Sequence record: PQ818761.1 | DNA: 64,000 nt | Source of the DNA: Escherichia phage EcoM2 | Direction: 5' to 3' (one strand) | In this document: positions 17,200 to 26,664 of the stretch, one piece after another | Numbering within the stretch: position 1 is the stretch's first letter | Layout: each line of letters opens with the position of its first letter | Notes under the pieces: model-generated | What the model was told of the DNA's origin: nothing | What the model saw: only the letters and a program-made list of their open reading frames with translations | Databases searched by the model: none | Translations under genes and position numbers: made by a program

Positions 17200-18750
17200 T
17201 ATGTAATAGCCCCTATACAATCCTTTCCCTTTCCTTTCCAGAATCTTACTAGACCTTAAAAGCAATAACTCTATAGCTTACTCTATAACCCCTTATCAAA
17301 TCAACTTAAATATAAGCCCATAACCCGAAAGGGAAGGGCAACCGTTTAAACGCTCTATAAAGCTCTATAACAGCCTTATCAACCTAACTTAAGGGATTGC
17401 ATTACCTCACCCTTAAAAGCCCTTTATAAAGCTTCTCAGAGCCTTAAAAGAATCTTATAAGGGTGTAAGCTTTATTATCTCGTTAGTTCCTTGTGAATAT
17501 CTAGAAAGGGCTATGAGATAGGAATCTATCGAATCCTATTGTTAGTGTCTTAAAAGTGTGTTATAGGGGCTATGAAGTTACTTCAAAGTTGCTTAAAAGT
17601 TACGTAAATGCTAGCCCCCTTAACATTTTCTTAACAATTTCTTAACAAACCCTACATAGTTATGCTTTTAAGGCACTTGTTAGCAACTTGTTAGCCCCTT
17701 GTTAAATCTCTGTTAAAACCACGTAAAAGCCTTGTAAGAGTCTTTGACATAGCCTTAAAAGCTCCTGTAAAGCTCTATAAAAAGGTGTCTGTACAGTTGG
17801 GGTGTAATTACTAGGAAGAGACTTAAAAGAGCTTACAAAGAGCTATAGAGAGCTTTTAAGAGGTATGTTTAAGGAATCACTAAGAAAGGAAAGGGAATGA
17901 TAAGAAAAGGGATAGTGACCATGTTAATAGCTTGTTAAAAAGATTAGACACTTGTTAGGAACTTGTTAATTATCTTAACAAAATAACTCTTAAAAATTAA
18001 CTTGTTAGCTCTTGTTAGTCACTGTTAAGACTCTGTAAAGACCATGTATCGACTGTTAAGAACTTGTTACAGCCTTGTTAGTTCTGTTAAGAGTCTGTTA
18101 AGACCTCTGAAGAGATGTTAAGAGCTTGAGAGAGTTGTTAAGAGATTGTTAAGGATATTTTAAAATTCTGCAAAGGGGATGTTACAGGGATGTTAAGGGC
18201 TACCAAGCAGATATACATCCTAGACAGATATTTTTCAGTTCCTTCAAAAACCCTAAAAAATGACTTGATAGCCCTATTTTATAAAAATTTTAAAAATCTG
18301 AATAATTACCTAGACAGTCTTTCAAAAATACAGGTAGAAACAGGCTTATAAGATACCTTGTTAGTACCGTGTTAGACCTTGTGAGATAAGGTCTGTAAAG
18401 ATATTCCTGTTAAGTTTGTTAAAACAGTCTATATAGAGGCTTAGTAATACCTAGTGAACACCTATAGAGGGTCATCTATGTGACATAGAGATTAAGAGGT
18501 GTATAGGAGCTTCTAAGAATGTGTAGAGAGATGGTTAAGGTGATTGTATAGGTTGTTAAGAATGCTTGTTAGAAGAGTGTTTAGAAGGGCTATACAGATG
18601 GGCTATTAAGACCACTAGATAGATACTAAGATACTATATAGTACTATATAACTGTATATAGAGAGTAAGCTTAAGAAGGGTGTTAAGAAGGATAGATATT
18701 TTATTCACATATGATGGTGACCCAGAGGTTGGGACAACCGATAAAATTTT
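17200..18750. repeat. 1.6-kb repeat-rich region with no ORF of 60 aa or more (dense GTTAAG/CTTGTTAG/CTTAAAAG/CTATAAAG words)
   Basis: No ORF of 60 aa or more in any frame on the track; tens of short related words, some in inverted orientation (CTTAAC x3 at 17618-17646); lies between convergent transcription units. Confidence 0.6.
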
Positions 18751-18756
18751 ATAAAA

Positions 18757-18783
18757 ATTAAAAAGCCCCCAATTAAGGAGGCT
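18757..18783 (-). terminator. rho-independent terminator (minus strand)
   Basis: Minus-strand read AGCCTCC-ttaatt-GGGGGCT followed by TTTTTAATTTTT. Confidence 0.5.
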
Positions 18784-18794
18784 CTTAAGATATT

Positions 18795-19388
18795 TTAAAT
18801 CAGTGTTTCCAGAACTGTCTTCAGTGATGACTTGGTTGTCTGATAAAAATGAGTAAATCCATTGTTGTTATCGAATACCTGCATCATGATATCATCTCCC
18901 TTGATTGGGTACACTCGAATATCATAGTGAAACCCATTAAAGACAGCAGAACCATTACAGAATGAACTGAAATCATCCACTGAGATATACTCTTCATGAC
19001 CTGTGATTTTTATACAAACACCTTTACTCGGTCTCTTAGGGTTGATATCTTCCATCACAGACATACTCTGTCCACCAAGAGATACCATAGTGACCACTTT
19101 ACGGTTCTTCTGTCTAAAGTACATCTTAACTTTCTGCAAAGTGTCTTCATAGAACGGATAAGACTTCTCTACAAAGATTCCTTCTAACGGCTCTTTACCA
19201 TTTTCAACTTCTCTGTTATGCCGTACTGCAAAGATAATTTGTTGGAACCAGTCAAAATTTTCTTCGGAGAGTCCTTCCCGAATATCATTCCAGTCAAGGA
19301 CTAGGTAGTTACCTTCAACTTCTTTTAAGTTATCTTTTTCCATATCTATCACACCATTATCGTAAAACTTGGTACTCTGGAACTGCAA
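18795..19388 (-). CDS. hypothetical protein
   Basis: 197-aa ORF, first of a minus-strand gene block. Confidence 0.55.
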   Translation of the reverse strand: MQFQSTKFYDNGVIDMEKDNLKEVEGNYLVLDWNDIREGLSEENFDWFQQIIFAVRHNREVENGKEPLEGIFVEKSYPFYEDTLQKVKMYFRQKNRKVVTMVSLGGQSMSVMEDINPKRPSKGVCIKITGHEEYISVDDFSSFCNGSAVFNGFHYDIRVYPIKGDDIMMQVFDNNNGFTHFYQTTKSSLKTVLETLI

Positions 19389-19824
19389 ACTTGTTGTTGT
19401 TGTTCTTCTTAATGAGGTCTTCTTCTGTTACTAAAAATGTAAGACCACACAAGTGTGTATATCTGCTATCATACTCAAATATTTTAAGTAAGTATTTACC
19501 ATCATGATAAACAGACTCTACTACACCTTTTGCAACAATCTTTCCAGTCTTGAAATCTTTAAGAGGGTATACATTACCAACTTTAGGGACTGTTTTCATC
19601 TCAGGTTCTTTTAGTTTCTCACCAACTTCTACATCACCTAGTAAGTTAGAACTTTCAAAAGCTACATATTGCATATAAGCCTCTGAGCATTCCCAGATAA
19701 AGCAACTTACAAGAACCTTAGCAGCATGTCTTGAACAATTCAGCTTATCACAAATCTCTATGTACATTTCATGTTTAGTTGAATTGTTAAGCATGGCTTT
19801 TTGAACGACTTCTTTAATTTTCAT
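19357..19824 (-). CDS. hypothetical protein
   Basis: 155-aa ORF. Confidence 0.5.
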   Translation of the reverse strand: MKIKEVVQKAMLNNSTKHEMYIEICDKLNCSRHAAKVLVSCFIWECSEAYMQYVAFESSNLLGDVEVGEKLKEPEMKTVPKVGNVYPLKDFKTGKIVAKGVVESVYHDGKYLLKIFEYDSRYTHLCGLTFLVTEEDLIKKNNNNKFAVPEYQVLR

Positions 19825-20236
19825 AAGCTCTCCGAATAACCCTATTAAGCATCTCTAAAGTCAGCTTTCCAGATTCTAAATGCGGCATAATAAGCTTTAA
19901 AGCTTCTTCAACATCATGCACAACATCTATTATACCTTCTTCATAGGCTTCTACAAGGATATCTTTTACACCGATATAGCCTTCATTGATGAGGATTTGC
20001 ATATCAAAATCTTTCGATTGCTTGTTTAACTTACCTCTCCAATACCCATCAGCATTAAAAGATATCACTTCGCACTCTTTAAAACCCATATCATCTGCAT
20101 TGAATGGAGTAATTATTGTGCATTGGATTGGATACTCTACACCAGTGTAGTCAACATCAAAGACCTTCACAGAAGTGAGTGGTTTCTTTGTTTTAGAGCA
20201 ATAAACTGTCAATCTTTTACCAATAAGCTCTTTCAT
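19814..20236 (-). CDS. hypothetical protein
   Basis: 140-aa ORF. Confidence 0.5.
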   Translation of the reverse strand: MKELIGKRLTVYCSKTKKPLTSVKVFDVDYTGVEYPIQCTIITPFNADDMGFKECEVISFNADGYWRGKLNKQSKDFDMQILINEGYIGVKDILVEAYEEGIIDVVHDVEEALKLIMPHLESGKLTLEMLNRVIRRAYEN

Positions 20237-20289
20237 TTCGCTACCTTCTAAGTTCCTACAAAGGGGCTATCAAGTAACCCCTCAAGTTA

Positions 20290-20514
20290 TTACTCAGACT
20301 TTTCAGCCTTCTTATCGGATTTCTTACTAGTCTTCTTCTCAGCTTTCTGCTCAGGTTCCTTCTCAGAAGTTGCCTTGATAACCATATCAAGAAGCTCTGA
20401 TAAGTCACTCTTCAGTAGTGTAACAGGCTGCTCGTTGTAGAAGTTTTTGTCAAGATAAACTTTGAACTCTTCTATAGAAGGAAATCCAAAAATTGGTACA
20501 GGTGTCTTAATCAT
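20290..20514 (-). CDS. hypothetical protein (lysine-rich C-terminus)
   Basis: 74-aa ORF. Confidence 0.4.
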   Translation of the reverse strand: MIKTPVPIFGFPSIEEFKVYLDKNFYNEQPVTLLKSDLSELLDMVIKATSEKEPEQKAEKKTSKKSDKKAEKSE

Positions 20515-20590
20515 TACTTAGTCTCTCCATAGGCATCTTTCAAGATTGCCTTGTTAATCATTTCAGCGATTGCAAAACGAACACATACAG

Positions 20591-21124
20591 CTATAATTGT
20601 AGGTTGCATTCTTTACTTACCTCTTCAAGTTTAACCTCAGAGTCCTTGAGTCGTTTCTTATGAACTCTGAATCTTAGTAGTGAGATGATGATACCAACTA
20701 AAGGAACAGCATACAAGTACCAAACATCATATACCTTTGCAGTAATCTGTGTAATGGTCAAGTCTTGAGCTATGGAACTGATTGCTGATACTGCAAGTAA
20801 TGTTGCTAGGAAAAATGCCAGTACCATGACAATACTTAAACAACCTCTGGCATGGTGTTCATGCTTAATGCACTTATTCTTTTCGTCAACAACCCTGTTG
20901 TAGTCGTTTGTAAAGTCTCTGTAGAAAGCTTTCAAGTATTCTTTATTGTAGCCTTCAAAGCAACCTGTACCGTACCAATAATCACCACCAAAATGTGCTA
21001 TGATACCAGTATCTCCATTTGGTTTTGTTACTCTTAGGGAAGTATGATGGCGAGTATCCTGATAATCTATCTTGTATCTTTCTTCGTAAATCATTTTCCA
21101 ACCCCTCTCAATCGTTTGTTCCAC
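20591..21124 (-). CDS. hypothetical membrane protein
   Basis: 177 aa; hydrophobic segments VMVLAFFLATLLAV and AVPLVGIIISLL. Confidence 0.5.
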   Translation of the reverse strand: MEQTIERGWKMIYEERYKIDYQDTRHHTSLRVTKPNGDTGIIAHFGGDYWYGTGCFEGYNKEYLKAFYRDFTNDYNRVVDEKNKCIKHEHHARGCLSIVMVLAFFLATLLAVSAISSIAQDLTITQITAKVYDVWYLYAVPLVGIIISLLRFRVHKKRLKDSEVKLEEVSKECNLQL

Positions 21125-21324
21125 TCAAGGTCAACAAGTCTTTGCAGGACTTTCCCTCTAGGTGTTACACCTTTTAAGTCTGCATCGTAGCAACGGTAAA
21201 AGTCACCTTCAGCGTGTTTACCATAGCATTTCCTGATATTCTGACTTCTACGGTATTGTTCTAATAGAGACAGCCTGTAGTAATCTTCAACTGTAGTTAG
21301 TTTTTTCATTCTTCCACCACGCAT
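21091..21324 (-). CDS. hypothetical protein
   Basis: 77-aa ORF. Confidence 0.4.
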   Translation of the reverse strand: MRGGRMKKLTTVEDYYRLSLLEQYRRSQNIRKCYGKHAEGDFYRCYDADLKGVTPRGKVLQRLVDLEWNKRLRGVGK

Positions 21325-21392
21325 CTTCTTAAGAAACTAAAAAGGGAACTACCTCTCGATAGCTCCCATCATAATCAGTGTTGTATACTCGG

Positions 21393-21974
21393 TCAAGAGT
21401 ATTTTTTAGGCAGTAATGCACTACGCTTGTTACTCTCTTCACTCAATAGTGCAATGAAATCATCACTTTTACCTTTCCACGGGCTGAATGAAGGGATATG
21501 TTCACGAATGGCTTCAATCACTGTCTTCAGTGCTGTATTCTTCATCCACCAATCAGAATCTGCTGATGCTACAACATAGTACCCGCCATCATCAGTAAGG
21601 ATTGGCTCTGAGATACATGGTGAAATCAGAGTGGTGATGATTGAACCATTATTCATGTAGTATGTGCGCTTCATAACCTTTTCAAGAAGCTTGTGAAGGT
21701 CACCAAACAATGTTACAAGCTCTTTGTGGTCAATATCTTTTTCGAGGCTTGCTCGATACTTCAATAGTGCAGCATCAACCTCTCTGTCATTGAACTTGAA
21801 ATATTGAACTTCATCAACAAGGCAAACACTGATGTTGTTAACATTCATGGTCAACTTACAGACTTTTGCAGGAGAGTTGATGCTTGGTTGAAAAAGTGCA
21901 ATACACCCTTCAATATTTCCAAAGTGTTGTACTAGTGTCACTTGTGGAGTGGTATTCTGTTGCTCTTCGGACAT
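21393..21974 (-). CDS. hypothetical protein
   Basis: 193-aa ORF. Confidence 0.55.
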   Translation of the reverse strand: MSEEQQNTTPQVTLVQHFGNIEGCIALFQPSINSPAKVCKLTMNVNNISVCLVDEVQYFKFNDREVDAALLKYRASLEKDIDHKELVTLFGDLHKLLEKVMKRTYYMNNGSIITTLISPCISEPILTDDGGYYVVASADSDWWMKNTALKTVIEAIREHIPSFSPWKGKSDDFIALLSEESNKRSALLPKKYS

Positions 21975-22318
21975 TACAGTTTCCTCATTAAATACTTTTT
22001 AAGTTGTGTGTTAGGTTTCTCAAAAACTTCTATAGAAGATATCTTGACAGATTCACCACGCATACCAGTATGTTTGAATATATAATACTCTAACATCCCT
22101 ATGTACTTTGCTGGTAAGTCATATTTTACATATACCGTTACAGAATCTTCAAACTCAACAACCTTTGTACCATCTTTGTAGTTAAACTCTTTAGGGTGGT
22201 TGTAGTTGTCTATGTCGTACATTAAAAAGAGTCTTTTACGTTGTAAGTCAAGCTTATTTGTTAAAGACTCTTTGATATCTGAGAAGTTTTTGTACACTGT
22301 GACATGGAGCTTACTCAT
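21974..22318 (-). CDS. hypothetical protein
   Basis: 114-aa ORF, stop/start overlap with neighbours. Confidence 0.5.
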   Translation of the reverse strand: MSKLHVTVYKNFSDIKESLTNKLDLQRKRLFLMYDIDNYNHPKEFNYKDGTKVVEFEDSVTVYVKYDLPAKYIGMLEYYIFKHTGMRGESVKISSIEVFEKPNTQLKKYLMRKL

Positions 22319-22604
22319 CGTTAAACTCTCTGACGAAGAAATAGTTGACTTTGTTATTACCTACCATAAGGTCAAAGCAGGTATTCTCAAAAGGTTTGTT
22401 GTAGGCATCATATGAAACATATGGGTCAGCTACTTGCTTAGTGCTTAACTTCTTACTTGATGGGTTTAAGAGGCCACCATATAGTTTCTTGATAGCCTCT
22501 TCTACAACAGACCAGATAATTTCGTCAGTAATTTCTTCGTACAGGTCAAGTTCACGCTCTAGTGAGAAGTCACAAATAGGGAAAACAACCTGTACTTTAC
22601 TCAT
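22311..22604 (-). CDS. hypothetical protein
   Basis: 97-aa ORF. Confidence 0.5.
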   Translation of the reverse strand: MSKVQVVFPICDFSLERELDLYEEITDEIIWSVVEEAIKKLYGGLLNPSSKKLSTKQVADPYVSYDAYNKPFENTCFDLMVGNNKVNYFFVREFNDE

Positions 22605-22999
22605 TAACGAATAACCTGTGAGACTTGAATTGCTTCAGTTACTGACAAATCACCCACTTTCTCTTCTTTGATAAAAGTGAAGGTGAGTTCAACAGGCTCT
22701 TGCTCTTCTTGCTCAACTGGAACACCATTAAGCTCATCAAAGATTGATTGAGTTGTCCAGTCTTCTCCACCATCTGGGTAGTGGATTGCGTAAAGAGGGA
22801 ACTCTAAATTATACCAAGCAAAAACAGGACAACCATCGGCATCATCTCGACATCTGTGGAGATATGTGTTTGTACCTTCAAAATGCAAATGCAGATTGCC
22901 ATTCTTCTCAAATAGGAGAGCATCTTGCAGGTCTAATTCTTCATTTTCACTGTAACGACTGACATCAACTTTAACGTGGATATGACTGCTATTATTCAT
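22604..22999 (-). CDS. hypothetical protein
   Basis: 131-aa acidic ORF. Confidence 0.5.
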   Translation of the reverse strand: MNNSSHIHVKVDVSRYSENEELDLQDALLFEKNGNLHLHFEGTNTYLHRCRDDADGCPVFAWYNLEFPLYAIHYPDGGEDWTTQSIFDELNGVPVEQEEQEPVELTFTFIKEEKVGDLSVTEAIQVSQVIR

Positions 23000-23390
23000 A
23001 AAAACCTCTCTCTGCTTGTTCGATTTTCGCTTTTAGGACTTCACACCGTTCAATGTGATATCTGGCTTCATTCTCATGTGTCGCCAAAGTTCTTTCAAGA
23101 ATGGTTTTATAGTAACCTGCAAGTTGCTCTCTTGTCAAGGGGTGTTCTGAAATAATATCAAGACCACTTTCCCCTAGAGTATTAAACTGCCCGTGTTCAT
23201 TTACATGGTAAGTCTCAAACTTGAATAGTCCATTGTTAGCAGATTCAATAGGCGATAGCTCAGCTAACTCAACAGTAAACCTTGTGTGTACCCTATCTCC
23301 AACTGTAACAACGTTACTCCCAATGATTCTCACCATTGAGCCATTACGAGTGTACTTAAAAGTCCCAAAGTCACTAGCCCAAAGTTTCAT
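22992..23390 (-). CDS. hypothetical protein
   Basis: 132-aa ORF. Confidence 0.5.
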   Translation of the reverse strand: MKLWASDFGTFKYTRNGSMVRIIGSNVVTVGDRVHTRFTVELAELSPIESANNGLFKFETYHVNEHGQFNTLGESGLDIISEHPLTREQLAGYYKTILERTLATHENEARYHIERCEVLKAKIEQAERGFYE

Positions 23391-23404
23391 AGTTTTCTCC
23401 TTAG

Positions 23405-23431
23405 AAAATAAAAAAGGCTCCCGAAGGAGCC
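23405..23431 (-). terminator. rho-independent terminator (minus strand) downstream of lysozyme
   Basis: GGCTCC-cgaa-GGAGCC hairpin followed by a T-run on the minus strand. Confidence 0.6.
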
Positions 23432-23441
23432 TATGAAGATA

Positions 23442-23906
23442 TTACTTTGGATATACACTGTCAAGATAAATGTCAGCTTCCATTCTACGTCTGTTTTTCA
23501 GTCCGTTTGAAGTGACCTTCTGACCTTTGACTGTAACCTTGTTCCACCACTGCATAGCTTCTGCACAACCTACCTTATTACCAGCATTGTGGCGCTTGAT
23601 AAATGTAGAATCCTGCATAGCTGTGATACCGATGTTGTATGTTTCACTTACAAGTGCATCGAACTCATTCTGAGAGGTTGGAACCTTGATAGCTTTATTC
23701 ACTGCTGCAACGAACTTCTCAACATCTGCAAGAAGATACTGTTCAGCTTGTTCAGCAGTAATTTTCATACCCATCTTAACAGGTTTTCCGTCAATACGGA
23801 TTGTACCATACCCAATTGTCGGGATTCCGGCAGAGTCTTCGTAAGCCTCTAACTTCAGACCTTCGAAGAACTTAATAGCTTCTAAACCTTTTCTTGAGAG
23901 TTGCAT
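23442..23906 (-). CDS. phage lysozyme (T4 e-type, GH24 endolysin)
   Basis: 154 aa; GH24-like motifs EGLKLEAYEDSAG-IPTIGYGT and NIG. Confidence 0.75.
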   Translation of the reverse strand: MQLSRKGLEAIKFFEGLKLEAYEDSAGIPTIGYGTIRIDGKPVKMGMKITAEQAEQYLLADVEKFVAAVNKAIKVPTSQNEFDALVSETYNIGITAMQDSTFIKRHNAGNKVGCAEAMQWWNKVTVKGQKVTSNGLKNRRRMEADIYLDSVYPK

Positions 23907-25039
23907 TATGCCTCCCCTGCTGGGTTAACTGTAACTGTTGCCGCATTAGATGTTACAGAACCACCTGCGCCAGTCACTACACAGGTGTAGCTTCCTGCAT
24001 CAGCAGCGGTTGCACCTTCTTTGGTGTAAGTTGCAGCAGTTGCATCTGGGATGACTTCCTCACCTTTCTTCCACTGATAACCTGTCGCACCTGTTGCCAC
24101 AACATTCAGTGTTAAGGTCTCACCTTCAGTGATTTCTTGATTGGTTGGTTGCTGAGTGATTACCGGAAGTGCATTCACAGTAACTGTTGCAGGGCTAGAA
24201 GTAACAGAACCACCTGCACCTGTTACAACGCAAGTGTATGAACCTGCATCTGCTGGCAGAGCACCAGACTTGCTATAGGTAGCGTTTGTCGCTGAAGGAA
24301 TGTCAGAGCCATCTTTCTTCCACTGGTAACCTGTCGCACCTGTTGCAGTAACTACTAAGTTGATGTTTCCACCTTCATTAATAGTCTGATTAGAAGGTTG
24401 CTTGGTAATCACAGGTAGTGCGTTCACAGTAACTGTTGCTGCATCTGAGGTAACACTTGTTCCACCCTCTCCAGATACAACACAAGTGTATGAACCAGCG
24501 TCAGAAGGTGCTACTGACTGTTTTGTGTAAGTTGCAGAATTGGCACTAGGGATATCCTCACCATCCTTCTTCCACTGATATCCAGTGGCGTTAGTTGCTA
24601 GAATGCTTAGAGTAAGTGTGCCACCCTCATTGACTGTTTGACCTGTTGGTTGCTGAGTAATTGCTGGTGGCTTAATAGCATCCTTCAACTTAGCATTCAA
24701 CATTGAGAACGGCTTAACTCTTGCCAACCATTCACAATACACTGTGTCAACGTCTTTACCATTGATGATTGCATACTGTAAATCCATGAAGAAATCAGCA
24801 GTCCTCATCTGTGCACCAACACTGTAAAGGAGTTCATCACTAAAAGGAACTTTGTAGTCTGGTTTGTAGTCAAACTTCGCAACCTCTGCAATATCAGCTT
24901 CAGGCCAATATGAGCTATAGGTTAGCGGTAAAATAGCTTCTTGATATGTTCTAAAATCATATCTCTTACCAGCCTTTACATTTGCAACGAAACCTTTTAC
25001 AAATTCTTTGAAGTCTGGGTAAGTCTTTGCTTTAATCAT
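23906..25039 (-). CDS. Ig-like repeat protein (N-terminal domain plus three tandem Ig-like domains; Hoc-like surface protein candidate)
   Basis: 377 aa; three ~80-aa repeats each with PVITxQP...GATGYQWKKDG...AGSYTCVV; N-terminal ~120 aa paralogous to adjacent 123-aa ORF. Confidence 0.55.
   Translation of the reverse strand: MIKAKTYPDFKEFVKGFVANVKAGKRYDFRTYQEAILPLTYSSYWPEADIAEVAKFDYKPDYKVPFSDELLYSVGAQMRTADFFMDLQYAIINGKDVDTVYCEWLARVKPFSMLNAKLKDAIKPPAITQQPTGQTVNEGGTLTLSILATNATGYQWKKDGEDIPSANSATYTKQSVAPSDAGSYTCVVSGEGGTSVTSDAATVTVNALPVITKQPSNQTINEGGNINLVVTATGATGYQWKKDGSDIPSATNATYSKSGALPADAGSYTCVVTGAGGSVTSSPATVTVNALPVITQQPTNQEITEGETLTLNVVATGATGYQWKKGEEVIPDATAATYTKEGATAADAGSYTCVVTGAGGSVTSNAATVTVNPAGEA
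23909..24652 (-). repeat. three tandem ~240-bp repeats encoding Ig-like domains
   Basis: Near-identical protein repeats visible in translation. Confidence 0.6.
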
Positions 25040-25407
25040 TTCTTTTTAGCCTCTAAACGTGCGTTTAATCTAAAATAGCCTTTATGTTGTGGAGACACAT
25101 CACTAACAACAATACCTTCAACTTTATAGCCCTTACCAATTACATACTGGATATCCATAAGAAACGTACCAAGCCCAACAATGTGGAACATTGGGTATAG
25201 TAACTTATCTGAATCTGGGAGTTTAATTTCTGGTTTATAGGTAGGTTGTTCGGCAGTTGGTGTAATATCTTCTTCAGGCCATTTGCTAAGTCTCCATGTT
25301 AAAGGTGATGCAATAACATCGTTAAGATTATATCTCTCACCTTTCTCCACGGAATTAATATAGGATTGTAGGAAGCAATAAAAGTCTTTTGCACTCTTAG
25401 CCTTCAT
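25036..25407 (-). CDS. hypothetical protein, paralog of the N-terminal domain of the Ig-repeat protein
   Basis: 123 aa; shared motifs (YKPxxKxPxSDxLLY, FxMDxQYxI) with residues 1-120 of the downstream gene. Confidence 0.5.
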   Translation of the reverse strand: MKAKSAKDFYCFLQSYINSVEKGERYNLNDVIASPLTWRLSKWPEEDITPTAEQPTYKPEIKLPDSDKLLYPMFHIVGLGTFLMDIQYVIGKGYKVEGIVVSDVSPQHKGYFRLNARLEAKKK

Positions 25408-25454
25408 TAAATATCCTTATAAATAGATAAAGGGGCATTAGCCCCTGTTTATAC

Positions 25455-26045
25455 TTAAGCTTTGGTCTTAAGTAGGTTCTTAAGTTTTTTGAGATTCATG
25501 CTCTCGTCAAACTTAAAACCAAATCCATTGACATAATCAATGAACTCGGATTTCTTACTAAGTGATAGTGCGTAACTCATATCAAAGTTATTACTTGTTT
25601 CTGCGTCTGGACTAGAGTTCACATCAAATGAAATCTCTGTAGGCTCTTGCTTGCTACTTCTCATATTATCAATCAATAGACAGGTATAGTTCGCTGGATA
25701 GAAGTTAACACTCCCATCAACATACCCATACTTATTATTATGAATAAGGTTTGAAAACACCTTAAGAAATGTTTCTGAGTCGTGGCATACAAGTTTGAAT
25801 TGACTGCATTCTCCAAGAGCCACTAAAGAGTAAGGACTCTCACTATCAATGTCATAGTTTGGATTTGATGTTGTAACCGTCACACGCATCAAGTTATTAG
25901 CAATAGTCTTCTGCTTGAAAGAATTTGGGACATAGTGAAGACCTCTATCACACTGATTAACTAGCTCTTTCAATAGGTCATTTGCATATGGTGAATTAAT
26001 TGATACAGAGCCATCACTATTATAATTAAAACTTACTGTTAACAT
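25455..26045 (-). CDS. hypothetical protein
   Basis: 196-aa ORF. Confidence 0.55.
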   Translation of the reverse strand: MLTVSFNYNSDGSVSINSPYANDLLKELVNQCDRGLHYVPNSFKQKTIANNLMRVTVTTSNPNYDIDSESPYSLVALGECSQFKLVCHDSETFLKVFSNLIHNNKYGYVDGSVNFYPANYTCLLIDNMRSSKQEPTEISFDVNSSPDAETSNNFDMSYALSLSKKSEFIDYVNGFGFKFDESMNLKKLKNLLKTKA

Positions 26046-26272
26046 TTTTCAGTTCTCCTGCGATTTATGATTTTGCTGCAATAGAGAAACGAAGTAAACT
26101 CACTGGAAGAAACCATTAAGTGTTGTTCACTAGATTGAGCCATTGCCCTGAAATACATTCCAGTCAAAGCATCGTAGTGACTATTCTTTCCAATTGAGGT
26201 TATATAGCCATGACTCTTTGCAGTTTTATATAAATCTATAATATCTGCGATTTCTAATTGGGAACTACACAT
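26039..26272 (-). CDS. hypothetical protein
   Basis: 77-aa ORF. Confidence 0.4.
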   Translation of the reverse strand: MCSSQLEIADIIDLYKTAKSHGYITSIGKNSHYDALTGMYFRAMAQSSEQHLMVSSSEFTSFLYCSKIINRRRTEKC

Positions 26273-26664
26273 AGATAATCCTCTTGTCTTCTGTAATTTT
26301 GAAAGAACAGGTACAGACCAATTTCAGAGGATGAATAGTAGAGTAACTCTACCCTTTTTGATTCCTTACAGTGATTGGTATTTTTACCTTTCTTCGGGTT
26401 GTTTGATTTTCTCATTAAGTCTCCTTTGTAGAACAAGGCAGACCTACAGCTTTAAGTAAGATGGTACAGTAATCCATACAACAAGTCAAGAACTATTGCA
26501 AGTTAAAAAAGTTGTTGACAAAGCACTTGACAAGGTGTAGGCTTATAAATACTTAGAAGATAACTTAAAAGGTTCCTCTAAAAAGGCTATTTAAACAGAT
26601 ATCTTTCTGGATATCTATCTTTTATCTTAAAAGCCTTTTAAGAGGTCTTATAAGAGGCATACCA

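Noticed and set aside
10527-17200. Possible CRISPR array suggested by regularly recurring ~60-90 bp conserved units
   Set aside because: The conserved units are promoter/leader cassettes upstream of ORFs and the intervening segments are 150-550 bp protein-coding genes of irregular length; no short direct repeats with uniform spacers.
26254-26436. 60-aa minus-strand ORF 26254..26436
   Set aside because: At the length cutoff, overlaps the upstream gene and sits at the edge of the divergent promoter region; insufficient evidence.
26515-26555. Tandem TTGACA hexamers at 26515 and 26527 as a promoter for the 26665 gene
   Set aside because: No acceptable -10 hexamer at 16-18 bp spacing from either; left unannotated.
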